The notes below the pieces were generated by a model, which searched no databases, was not told where the DNA came from, and saw only the letters and a program-made list of their open reading frames with translations. From NCBI GenBank assembly GCA_965287045.1, contig OZ336903.1, forward strand, positions 1,302,001 to 1,366,000: a DNA stretch of 64,000 nt, written 5' to 3'. Shown piece after piece: positions 51,001 to 63,019 of this stretch. Positions within the stretch are counted from its first letter, which is position 1. Each line of letters begins with the position of its first letter. A program made the translations under genes and the position numbers. The stretch is from Carcharhinus amblyrhynchos. Lineage: Eukaryota.

Positions 51001-51949
51001 AGTCCTTCCCAAAGCAACCCCCCCCACTCCCGCCTGTTGTGAGTCCCCTCCCCGACTCTTTACCCCGTGTGAGTCAGTCTGTGTATATGTGTCATCCCAA
51101 ATTTCCAAGAAGTGTTGAACCCCCTCTTACAACTAATCCAAACGCTTTTTTAAAACAAAATTCCTGTGATGCACAGCAAGCTCTCACAAGGTGCAGTCAG
51201 CTGGGCTGAGATAGAAGGTTCCGGTCTCCCCATGTAGAACATAAGCACTAGCCCACCCCTATATCCAACTGTCCCTGCCTATGGAACCCTGGATTGATGG
51301 TGTCCGGCCTCCCCAACCTGGGTCTGTAGATCCATGTGGAATAGTGAAGGGAGACCCCTAGTTAACGGCGAGGTAAGAGGCCACCTCGTGAGGCACACAA
51401 CCTGGGAGTGGACGGCCCAACACACAGCTGTAGGAACTGACTTAAAGCGCACCCTCGCCACAACGCCAGCCTTACTAGTCCCCGACACAGATATACCAAA
51501 CACCTTATAGATTGCAGCCCCCAGTCACACACTTTCAGCAGTATTATTACAAGAAAGACATGGTAGACCAGGTCAGTGGCCTACACCTTATGGGTATTTG
51601 ACACAGTCGAACGGGGCTTCCCCAGGTGCGAACGACATCTGCTGGCAGTGTTTTAGGCTCTGCAACATTTCGCTGTATCACCGAACTGAATCCAAAAACT
51701 GTTCACACTGAACACACCCCAAACCAGCTTCTGCTGGACGGCCGCAGAACACTCCGGTCATTGTCGTTTATAATGTTAAGAAGATAACGGGGATGGAAGA
51801 TTTGTAAGCAGGAATGGATGCAAGGCAGCGAAAGGGAATGTTTGGACATACTGATTATAAACTTCAAAGAATCATTGTCCGAGAAAAATAGCTGCATGCG
51901 ATCTTGAACTGTTCCTGCTTCAGCTGGAGCTTGGGTTTCTCCATCAGGC

Positions 51950-52740
51950 TCCATGTTTCAACTCTTCCATTTTTGTTGGAGAATTGTCTTCTGGGTGAAT
52001 GCTCAGTTCCTGTTGGAGGGCAGAGTCGTGCAATGCACAACACACTAAACTAATCCTTCTCACTATCTCTGCTCCATCCTGTTCCATTCCCCCTGACCTG
52101 TCCAGCCATGGGAAAGGTGACGTCACTCCACCCATTGTCCTCTCCACCAACTGACGCGCTGATATAGGAACATGGTTGTCACGTGTTTTGTGCTCCATTG
52201 TTGGTCTCGCGATATGATATTATCAACCATATTCTCCCGTATCATCCAGTAACTACCCTATCAGGACAGGTCATGGGCATGGTCCGGTATTGGAGTGAAC
52301 TCTCAGAAACGAATGAGTCACGGTCCTGTCGACGTTTGTTTGCCTTTACACTAAGTTTGTTCATTTGTGCATCACATTCTATCATGCCATGTAAAGATTG
52401 GAATCCCTTCCTGGTCATAAATGAAGCAAGGTTATCTATTGGTGCCTTCATTGGAATATAATCTATCAACAGCTTCAACTACCTTTGGAGAACTAGCGAT
52501 GCTGCGGAGTATGACAACATTACCTGAAATTACAGGGTGGATATTGAGTGAACGGGGAACCACTGAGAACATAAACTGTAGGAGGAAAGTGTCCTGTTTT
52601 TTCTACAAAACTGCCTTCCGGAACTCGGATATCATTAGGCGTTCACAGTCTCAGCGCCTCATGGTTAACAATCTCTTGCAGTGCACTGGGGGTTTCTCGG
52701 ATAGCTGAGCTTAACTTCCAAGACTGCTTCACAGATCCAG
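51950..52740 (-). mobile_element. Fossil PIF/Harbinger (HARBI1-like DDE) transposase
   Basis: Frameshifted fragments IASSPKVVEAVD, FMTRKGFQSLHGMIECD...DSFV and VERTMG...WLDRSGG...RRISLVCCALHD match Harbinger motifs (GAID, NRKGFHSLNVQ, ERTIG..RFRCLDRSGG..CCALHN). Confidence 0.75.
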
Positions 52741-52899
52741 AGCTTTGGTGGAGCTTCTCAGGTGTGTATGGAACTCTTCCATTTCTGTCTGCACCTCTTC
52801 CCACCTTTAGTTTTTATCTTTGTTTGCAGCGTCCTCTCAATCCCTGCCGGTGTTTACCTTGTCATCGCTCAAATTTCAATCACTCAATCTTTATTTCTG

Positions 52900-53120
52900 A
52901 ATCTTGTCTCCCTCTCTTTTTATTCCTCTCAGTTCTTTCCCTGTCTTTCCCGTTCAGTTTATCTTTCTCTCCATTTTTGTTTTCTCTGTGTCTATTCCGT
53001 TCAGTCTCTCTCTCCCTGTCGTTTTCTTTTTCTCTTTCGGTCTCTGTTCTTTCTCTGTCACTCTCTGTACTATTTCTTTCTCTTTGTCCTTTTTTTTCTC
53101 TCTCTGTCCTTTCCCTCTCT
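52900..53120. repeat. CT-rich low-complexity tract
   Basis: Read directly from the sequence. Confidence 0.85.
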
Positions 53121-53699
53121 GACGTGGAGAGACAGGGATTGGAAAGATGTGGAAAACAGTTCTGAGGATGGGGGAGTTGTACAGATAGATTTCAGGGAGA
53201 GGGATTGAAATCTGTGGGAATACGTTGGAGCAGGAATCACTCGGAATACCCCCTTCCCCTGACACTCAGACCAGTACACCTCTGTGCTAAAACCCCACAA
53301 GTCTGTGTATGGAAATGTAAGGTTAAAGAAAGGTGAAATTTTATTATATTTTATGTCTCAGGTTATAGCTCCTACCCGAGGATTCCTCACGGCAAGAATA
53401 TTCACTCTTTCCATTGTCAATGCTTCCAAAAGAAATTCTCCTTGGAAGAGAGAAAGAGATAAAAAAAAAGTGAAATTTGATTAAATCAAAACAAAAGCTG
53501 ATTGAAAACGATAAAAGACAGAACAACATCCGAAGACTTGCTGAAATTAACAGTCTCACCGGGAGTGGGGGGAAACACTCATTTTCACATCCTCATTATT
53601 AAACCCTGACAAAACGGGAATACATTTCAAATACAATGAACTTCAAAAGCCTCCTGACTGTCCCAGTATTGAATTTATTAAACACATCAAAACATTAAA

Positions 53700-53962
53700 A
53701 TGCGGCGTTTGCACATTCTTCTCGTGCCTGCGTGGGTTTCTTCTGGATTCTCCTATTTCCTCCCACAGTCCAAAGATGTGCGGGTTAGGTTGATTGGCCA
53801 TGCTAAGAAATTGCCCCTTAGTGTCCAGGGACGCATAGATAGAGGGAGTAGTGGGTATAATGTGTCGGGATGTGGAGGTGGGCCTGGGTGGGATTGTGTT
53901 CGGAGCAGACTCGATGGGCCGAAGGGCCCCTTCCTGCACTGTAGGGTTCGATGATTCTCTGA
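53700..53962 (+). mobile_element. HE1-type elasmobranch SINE (5'-truncated)
   Basis: tttgcacattct...tgcgtgggtttc...cccacagtccaaagatgtgcgggttagg...gatgggccgaagggcc...gcactgtaggg. Confidence 0.8.
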
Positions 53963-56336
53963 TTCTGGGGGCTTAACTCCAGAGACAGGCCAGTGAATAA
54001 ACACAGGAGGCCCCAATGACGTTCGTACTTCTATCAGTCACCTCCCCCGCCCCCCTCTGTTTCTCCCTCTCCGTCTCTTCCACACTTCCCCAGATCGTTA
54101 TCTGTCCAATATTCCATCTCTGCTCCTGGCTCTCGATAACCTGTCCGGATATCTGCTCTGGTTTTCTATCTCAAGGTGAATCTGGATTGAAATTCTCTCT
54201 CTCTAAGTTTCTGTCAGATCTTTCAAAATAATAATCACAATCAAAAAAGAGAGGGGGCGAGGGCAAGAAAATCCACAATCCCATCCTGAAGAGGCTGCTG
54301 CACATTTTGTTGAACCATTGAATTCAGTCACTTCAACCCTGTTGGGGAATTAAGCGAATGTAAAAGTGTTCCTGAGATTAAGACAGTGAAGTGCGGCCTA
54401 ATTACAGAGGCTGCATTATTCCACAGGTAGAAAGAACAGATCCCCCTCCCTCCCCCCCAGTTAAACAGAACAATATTTTTTTCTTCCACATCCACAAACG
54501 CCAGCGCCCTGCCTAAAAACACAAGGAGGATTCTGGGACTGAGAACAATCCTTTCCCGCAGGCTCAGGAATTTGAATTTCAGCTCCCTCTCCCGCCCGAG
54601 TGCTTTATAGTGAGAGGGAGAAAGAGAGACTGGGAATGCTGCAATCAGGATCCACAGGGATTTGAACACTCCAGGAGGAAACAATTCACCCCCAGAGCCT
54701 CCGTCTCTTTCCCGCACCATCTCCACTGAGCCCCTGACATTTCCCAATCCTACTCTGTTCAACCTGTCAAGTGTGATTGATCCATAATGGAACCAATACA
54801 TCCATCGACGATTCCGCGAGATATTTTGAACCATCAGTGATACATTTTAGGCAGAATTTGCAACCCAATCTGCTCTGATATCGCTCATTGTGCAATTAAC
54901 TATGCGACAATGCATCAATGATTCAATGAAGAGAGTGTCAACGCCTGTTGTGAGCAGAAGCAGATGTATCTAATTTGAAATAATAACCTATTGATGGCCC
55001 AACAAGGAGAATACAACAGGTGCAGGACTGTGAAGGAAGTCAAAAATAATCAACGCAAATCATTGCCAATGACACCAGAGTCGATCTATATTTTGCAGTC
55101 CCGACTCACCCAAACATGAGTACGGGTTGGCAATTCAACAACCATCTGGGGGAGGAGGCTCCACAATGGTGTGACAGGCCCGCATGCGAATATAATGGAG
55201 GAGGCTAAATCATCGCAGATAATCTACAGGCAGAAATGTTAGTTTGATGTTTCACCTTAGTTTCATGTGTTCAGCATACCAGCCTTCAGCCATTTTACCC
55301 CCGTCCACGTGATATCAAGGAACGACTGAAGGTGCTGGAAAATGACCAGTCATTAATGCAGATTATCCAAAGCCAATAGTGTGGAGTTTGTGTTGTTTTC
55401 ACACAGACAGGTGATCCCACTGATCACAAATAAGAGGACTCATTTCTGGCAGTTAGCTAAAGTTCAACAGGCAGGGTAACGGCAGGGCACCAGGCACCAG
55501 AGGCAAATATTCAACACATTACCCACTGCTGCATTCAGAATTATTGAAACATCTGAATTGAAAGAGAATTTTGCATGATGAGGACAGAGAGAGTTGATAT
55601 CAGAGTAAGGTAGTGACAGGAGTGAGGGAAGAAAGAAACACATATTATGGAACACAGGAAAATAGGGAGGGAGAAAAATAACAAAAAAAATCCTGAACGC
55701 AGGTAGGGTAGTCAAGAATGGGGAAATAGTGCAATTAGAGATATGTAAGGGCACTAATGATAAAAACTGACGACTTTAATTTACATAACGCATTTTACAC
55801 ACTCAGAATATCCCCTAGAGAATCATTGCCAATGCTAAAACTGCCATCAATGAAATAACATCCAAAGTGTTGCAGGGAATTGAGCACAAACAAACATGGC
55901 ACGTATTACAAACTATCCGTTTATTTAATCTTTTCCAGTGGGTTTGTCAGTGAATAGCGATGTCTTAGCATAACGATTCCTCACAACAGACACACAATAT
56001 GTTGGAGAGTGGAAGATTAACCAACCACTACAACAATGACGAAAATAAGTGACAAAGTAACCAGTGGGCAAGTTAACCTTGCAAATTATTTGCATTTTAT
56101 TGAGTCTCCGGTTCAATCATTTACCCGATTTTCTTTTTTAAGTTTGTGATCAGTAACCTGTATCGGAGAACACATTTAATCTCTGATCACAGGAACTGTT
56201 TGTCTGTGAGCGGTTCTTCAGTGAGAAGCAACTTGGAACCAATCCCCACATTATGTGAGTGAACAGCTTAATATTTGACACGTCTCAATATAAAGAACTC
56301 CCATACTCAAGTCATCTCATTGCAACTCATTGGAAA

Positions 56337-57332
56337 ATGGGGAAAGCGCTGTGCATAGTATTTGGTGTCTTGCTGCTGGTGCAGGAAATTGCTGTCCACG
56401 ACGTACAATTCTACCCTACTGAAGAAGAAGGTCAGTGTATCTTATGGTTGCCAAAATACGGTTGTTCTTACTCTGCATTGTAACGCTTTTTTTTATATAC
56501 AACGTTCTATCACAAGTATATATCACTGGTTTGGTTCTCAGATCTGGCAAATGTCACCGCTTTATTCCTGCCAAAAATTGAATGATTTAATTTTACATTC
56601 AACAATGTTATTTAGCTTTCCTTTTGTCCTCCGTCCTATCCCCGCACCACCGCCGCACCGCCCCCCTCCCCCCGCAACCCACTCCACGATTTTCAGATCT
56701 TTATCTCCTAAATGGTTACCAGACCGAAAATTTTCAGAGAACTCTGCTCTCCAAAAATAGTCAGCCGAATCTCATCACTTCATCCAAGGTGAATTTACCT
56801 TCTCCTTCTTGGGCTCAAATTCTGGAGTTCCCTCACTGCCCCTCACTGACACTTGATTTCAAATCTTATCACATAATTAACTCCATAGTGCTTTACTGTA
56901 AGAAAGTCACGAATAAATCCAATCAGGTGTACAAACGAATAAATATTAAATATAAAGTGAAGGGAATTTATAACTCACTGTCACCAGCAATGATTTTTTT
57001 TGAATAATGAAGATCAATGTTGGATGAAGCTCATTGAGCACATTAAGGCGAATGGCAATTTTGTAAGATTGTATTTTTACAACCGCCCTCATCTGCATGT
57101 TACAAAACCGCCTCGGATTGCTGATGTTCTCACGTCGACCGTCTATTTCATCACCCATAAATGCAGACCAATAAATTCCTCTTTTGTTTTTGTTTCAGTG
57201 GCGAGGTTCGGATGCGTAATACTTGGTGGGATGTGCCAATATGAACCCTGCGCAACGGATCGGGTTCAACTGGCTTCTAAACTGTGTTGGTATGGCCGAC
57301 ACTGCTGCGCGGATCCAGCACTTTTTAAATGA
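56337..57332 (+). CDS. Beta-defensin-like gene B, join(56337..56430,57199..57332), 75 aa
   Basis: MGKALCIVFGVLLLVQEIAVHDVQFYPTEEE|VARFGCVILGGMCQYEPCATDRVQLASKLCWYGRHCCADPALFK*; splice sites intact, TATA at 56289, AATAAA at 57436. Confidence 0.85.
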
Positions 57333-58892
57333 AATATCTGAATTGTAATAGTTTCCTTAGCAACCAGCTTCAAATCGGCCGTCCTTTCATTGTGGCTGCA
57401 ACAGATCTCTGCATTTCAGAATTACAAACTATTTCAATAAAACTCACCGGACTGGTCACCGATAATTGTGCAGATCTGGTTTATTACTCTGGTTTCTCTA
57501 TTCCTGCATTAACACAAAGGGAAAATATATAAGAAAATGTCACACTGGGGACATAGATTCATTCAGTGAAGAAACGGCCTTCAGGCGACCACTTCTGCTC
57601 CATAAATATCGATCACTAATGGCAAAGTAAACATATTTCCGTGTACTTATCCCAGATTATTGAACATTAAAATCATTCAAGACCAATTCAACAACTATCT
57701 GGGGGAGGAGGCTCCACAGTGGTGTGACAGGCCCGCATGTGAATATAATGGAGGAGGTTCAATCATCGCAGATAATCTACAGGCAGAAATGTTGGTTTGA
57801 TGTTTCACATTAGTTTCATGTGTTCAGCATGCCAGTCTTCAGCTATTTTACACCCGTCCACGTGATATCAAGGAACGACTGAAGGTGCTGGAAAATGACC
57901 AGTCATTAATGCAGATTATCCAAAGCCAATAGTGTGGAGTTTGTGTTGTTTTCACACAAACAGCTGATCCCACAGATCACAAATAAGAGGGCTCATTTCT
58001 GGCAGTTAGCTGAAGTTCAACAGGCAGGGTAGCGGCAGGGCACCAGGCACCAGAGGCAAATATTCAACACATTACCCACTGCTGCATCCAGAATTATTGA
58101 TACATCTGGATTGAAAGAGAATTTTGTATGATGAGGACAGAGGGAGTTGATATCAGAGTAAGGTAGCGACATGGGTGAGGGAAGAAGGAAACATATATTA
58201 TGGAACACAGGAAAATAGGGAGATAGGAAAATAATAAAAAAAGAAATCTGAACGTAGGCAGGGCAGTCAAGAATGGGGAAATGGAACAATTAGAGATATG
58301 TAAAAGCACTACTGGTAAAAACTGACGACTTTAATTTGTATAACGCCTTTTACACACTCTGTATATCCCACAGAGAATCATTGCCAATGCGACAATTGCC
58401 ATCAATGAAATAAGATACAAAGTGTTGCAGGGAATACAGCAAAAACAAAAATGGCACATATTACAAACTATCGGGGTATTTAATCGTTTCCAGTGTGTTT
58501 GTCAATAAATAGCGATGTCTGAGCATAACGAATCCTCACAACAGATACACAATATGTTGGAGAGCGGAAGAATAAACAACCACTACAACAATGTCGAAAA
58601 TAAGTGACAAAGTTACCAGTGGACAAGTTAACCTCACAAATTATTTGCATTTTATGATGAGTCTCCGGTTGAATCATTTACCCGATTTTCTTTTTAAGTT
58701 TGTGATCAGTAACCTGCATAAGAGAACACATTTAATCTCTGATCGCAGGAACTGTTTGTCTGTGAGCTGTTCTTCAGTAAGAAGCAACTTGGAGCCAATC
58801 CCCACATTATGTGAGTGAACAGCTTAATATTTAACACGTCTCAATATAAAGAACTCCCATACTCAAGTCATCTCATTACAACTCATTGGAAA

Positions 58893-59876
58893 ATGAGGAA
58901 AGCGCTGTGTATAGTATTTGGTGTATTGCTGCTGTTGCAGGAAATTGCTGTCTCCGTCTACACTCCTGAAGAAGAAGGTCAGTTTATCTTATGGTTGCTA
59001 AAATACGGTTGTTCTTACTCTGCATTGTAACGCTTTTTTTAATACAATTTCCTACCACAAGTATCCATCACTTGTTTGGTTCTCAGATCTGGCAAATGTC
59101 GCCACTTTATTCCTGCCAAAATTTGAATGATTTAATTTTAAATTCAACAATGTTCTTTCGCTTTCTTTTTGTCCTTCGTCCTCCTTCCCCCTCGCCCCTC
59201 ACCCACCCCCCGCCGCCCGCCGACCCCCCTCCACGATCTTCACATTTTTATCTCCGAAAGGGTTACCAGACCCAATTTTTTCAGACAACTCTGCTCTCCA
59301 AAAATAACCAGCCGAGTCTCATCACTTCACCCAAGGGGAATTTACCTTCTCCTTCTTGGGCTCAAGTTCTGGAGTTCCCTCACTGCTCCTCACTGATACT
59401 TGATTTCAAATCTTATCACATAATTAACTCCATAGTGCATTATTATAAGAAAATCACTAATAAATCCAATCAGGTGTACAAACGAAGAAATATTAAATAT
59501 AAAGTGAAGGGAATTTATAACTCACTGTCACCAGCAATGATTTTTTTGAATAATGAAGGTAAATTTTAGAGGAAGCTCGTTGAGCACATTAAGGCGAAAG
59601 GCAATTTTGTAAGATTGTATTTTTACAACCGCCCTCATCTGCATGTAACAAAACCGCCTCGGATTGCTGATGTTCTCATGTCTACCGTCTATTTCATAAC
59701 CCACAAATGCAGACAAAAAAATCCTCTTTTGTTTTGTTTCAGTGGAAAGGTTCGGATGCGAATTATTTGGTGGGGTCTGCCAATATGATCCCTGCGCACC
59801 GGACCGGGTTCGACTGTTTTTTAATCTGTGTCGGAGTGGCCAACGCTGCTGCCTGGATCCAGCACTTTTCAAATGA
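58893..59876 (+). CDS. Beta-defensin-like gene C, join(58893..58977,59743..59876), 72 aa
   Basis: MRKALCIVFGVLLLLQEIAVSVYTPEEE|VERFGCELFGGVCQYDPCAPDRVRLFFNLCRSGQRCCLDPALFK*; splice sites intact, TATA at 58845, AATAAA at 59980. Confidence 0.85.
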
Positions 59877-62599
59877 AATATTTGAATTGTAATAGTTTCC
59901 TTAGCAACCAGCTTCAAATCGGCCGTCCTTTCATTGTGGCTGCAACAGATCTCTGCATTTCAGAATTATAAAATATATCAATAAAACTCACTGGACTGAT
60001 CACCGATTATTGTGCAGATGTGGTTTCTCATCCGGTTTCTCTATTCCTGCATTAACACAAAGGGAAAATATATACGGAAATGTCACACTGGGGACATAGA
60101 TTCATTCAGTGAAGAAACGGCCTTCAGTCGACCACTTCTGCTCCAGAAATATCGATCACTAAAGTAAACATATTTCTCTGTACTTACCCCATATTATTGA
60201 ATATTACAATAATTCAAGCCCATTCAAATCCGTTTTAAGCTTGGAAATTTTTTGACCTTGCCTACCTTCCCAGGCTGTTTATTCTAATTTCACATTACGT
60301 TTTGAGTGAAGAAGTTGCGTTTTCTCAAATCCCACCTGAATCTCGTGTCCCTCATACTAAAAGCATGCGCCTTCATTATTGACCGCTCAACTAAGGGAAC
60401 AGGTGTTTTTTATTCATCCTCTCTACACCCCTATAATCCTATCACCTAATTCATGCCTCCCTTAAAGTTATTTGCTCTAAACAGAGAAATATAGAAAACA
60501 GAAGCAAGATTTGCCCATTTGCTGTTTTGGACCTATCCTCGCAATCATCTTGATCACGGCTGTTCATCAAGAGGTACACCAAATTTATTACTCAAAACAC
60601 ACAACTGTTGGGCCCGACTACTTTTCTCGTTGTGAATTTCATACGCTCGTCATAGGCTCTGGGTGATTATTTTCAGCTCACCTCAGTTCTAAAAGTTTTA
60701 TCCTTTCTCTGAAAATTACGTAACCGTTTTCCACATCCAACCAATTGGAACATTCTTTGTGATTCTGCCCTGTCCAATCCCGTTGGAGTTTTATGCGTTT
60801 CTACAAATCTCCTCTCACTCTCCTAACCACCAATAAAAACAGTCCTCACCGAGGAGTATCTGCTCATATGACAGACCTGCCACCCCAGGAATCAGCCTGG
60901 TAAACCTTCGCCGTACTCCCTCTATATCAAGGGCATCCTTCCTCAGGTAAGGATACAGAATTCAGGACATGGCCTCAAAAACGCCCTGCACAATGTTAAT
61001 GAAACATCTCCATTGTTAGACTCAAATCCTCTTGCTATTAAGTCCAACATACCATTTCCCTCTGTTACTGTCTGCTGTAGCTGCGAGCTTCCTTTCAGAT
61101 AAATAATTTAAAGAAAATTAAATTCAATCCTTTAAAAAAAAAGAAGCAATGCCAACTCACTTGTTCCACTGCTCCATCCCAGGCAGCATTCTGGTAAATG
61201 TCCTCTGTACAGCCTCCAGTGTTACCACATATTTCCGGTGGTGAGGTGACCAGAATTGCACACAGTATTCCAGCTCTCATTCGCCATTCCCTCATTTTGT
61301 TTCTCCTCCAGCAGTGATCTTGTCTCACTTATCAGAGAGAAATCAATCTGTCACTGCTCTGCCATTCTAACCATCCAATCATTATCAGCCTTTAAACAAT
61401 AAACACTATCCAAAGCATAGTGTCATCTGCAAACGTGTTAATTGTTCTCCCGTACCACATTACTATCCCTGTTGTTTATGAATATAATAAACTAGAAACG
61501 TTCCAGTGCTGATCATTATAACTTTGGATACCGGCATGCCGTCCATCGAACAGCCTCATAACATAATACTTTGAGTCCCATTACTAAGCCAGTTTCTAAT
61601 CCAGCTCACCAAGTTTCTCCAAATTACACCTGGTTTAGCCTTTTCAATCAATCTCCCAAGTCGGAGCTTGCCAAATATTTTGCAAAGTTCCACAAAACTA
61701 TAAGAACTGAACTTTCCTTGTCCACACAAAAAAAAACGACCAAAATTCTTCGGCATGACATCCATCTGACAAAACCATACTGGATATTCATAATTAACTG
61801 ATGTCTTTCTAAGTGAATATTCATCTTTTAAACAAAGTACATTTTGGAAGTTCGAAATGGCAGAACTCTGAGAAACATTAAAAGATGAATCCAGGACTGC
61901 AAGCCAACAGTTTCCTGAAAGTGGCAGCAGGAGAGGAACACTTGGCCAAGAAAATACGTGTCATGCCAGCCTTTATCTGTCGGTGTCTGGAGTATAAGAA
62001 TGTTGCAGCTAGTTTGAACTTTAATCAGATATGGAACACAGAGTACAGTTCTGTTTGGCACACGGAAGGATGTGATGGATTTGGATAGGGTACAGAAAAC
62101 ATTTTACCAGTTATCTGCTTTGGATGGTATTAGCTGGGAGGAGAGTTTGGACAGAGATTGTTCGATTTCAGTTGAACTTTGGAGGATTAGTTATCTGATA
62201 GAACTTTGCAAAATTAAGAGAGTCGTGGATAAAATGGAGAGTCGAAGTCGTTTTCCAGGGGGAAAGAAAAACATCAATCATTAGGGTACCGAAGTTGAAG
62301 GCAAAATGGTGAATGCTTGAAGGAAATGTATCAGGTAATTTCTTTACACGGGGGAGGGGGAGAGGGTAAGTTCTTGAATGTGTGGTCAGTGGAGGTTGGA
62401 GGAACAGATTCAATAACTACGTTAATGAGGAGTCTTGACAGTTACAGGAATAGAACAAAGAAGAAAGAATAAAGAACAAGAAACAGCCCGGGAAACAGGC
62501 CCTTCGGCCCAACGAGCCCGCGCCGCCATTTTAACATTACCAGTTCCCCGTCCACCCATGGCCCTTATCTATTGTTTACGGCATTACTTTAGGGAAACT

Positions 62600-62785
62600 A
62601 TTTTAGGGACAATTTATTACCTCCAATCAGCCTAATAGCACATCTTTGGGGTGTGGGAAGAAACTGGACCACTCGGAGAAAACCCACGCAAGCACGGGGA
62701 GAATGTGCAAACTCCCACAGACACTGGCCCAAATCCATGTGTCTGCACAGCAAACAGTGGTAGTCACTGAGCTGTCGTGTTGCCC
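62600..62785 (-). mobile_element. SINE fragment (HE1-like head)
   Basis: gaaaacccacgca...gggagaatgtgcaaactcccacagaca is the reverse complement of the SINE head. Confidence 0.7.
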
Positions 62786-63019
62786 AGAATCTGGTCCACT
62801 TTAAGCACCCACGAACGACATGAAGCACGAGGCCACTCTCGAACATTCAAAAGCAGGCCTTGTCCGACCCATCGCGTGTATGCCCCTCGTTGGACAACAA
62901 GGAGGACCGACTTAAAACCTGTGAATGAAAAAGAGAGAGAAAAAAAAACATTATTGTTCTACCATATCCATTTACCTTACCAGGGACGCCCCAATGCTAA
63001 TGACCATTATTTAAAACAA

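Larger units (their letters stand above)
54525..62540. repeat. Segmental duplication block B, copy 2, with an internal 2.55-kb tandem duplication (55131-57683 / 57684-60230)
   Basis: Colinear with 13435-19020; junction caattcaacaac at 57684 repeats 55131. Confidence 0.95.

Noticed and set aside
50353-51200. About 90-bp degenerate direct repeat (50353-50445 vs 51107-51200)
   Set aside because: Short, diverged and next to a gap; no LTR or coding features between the copies
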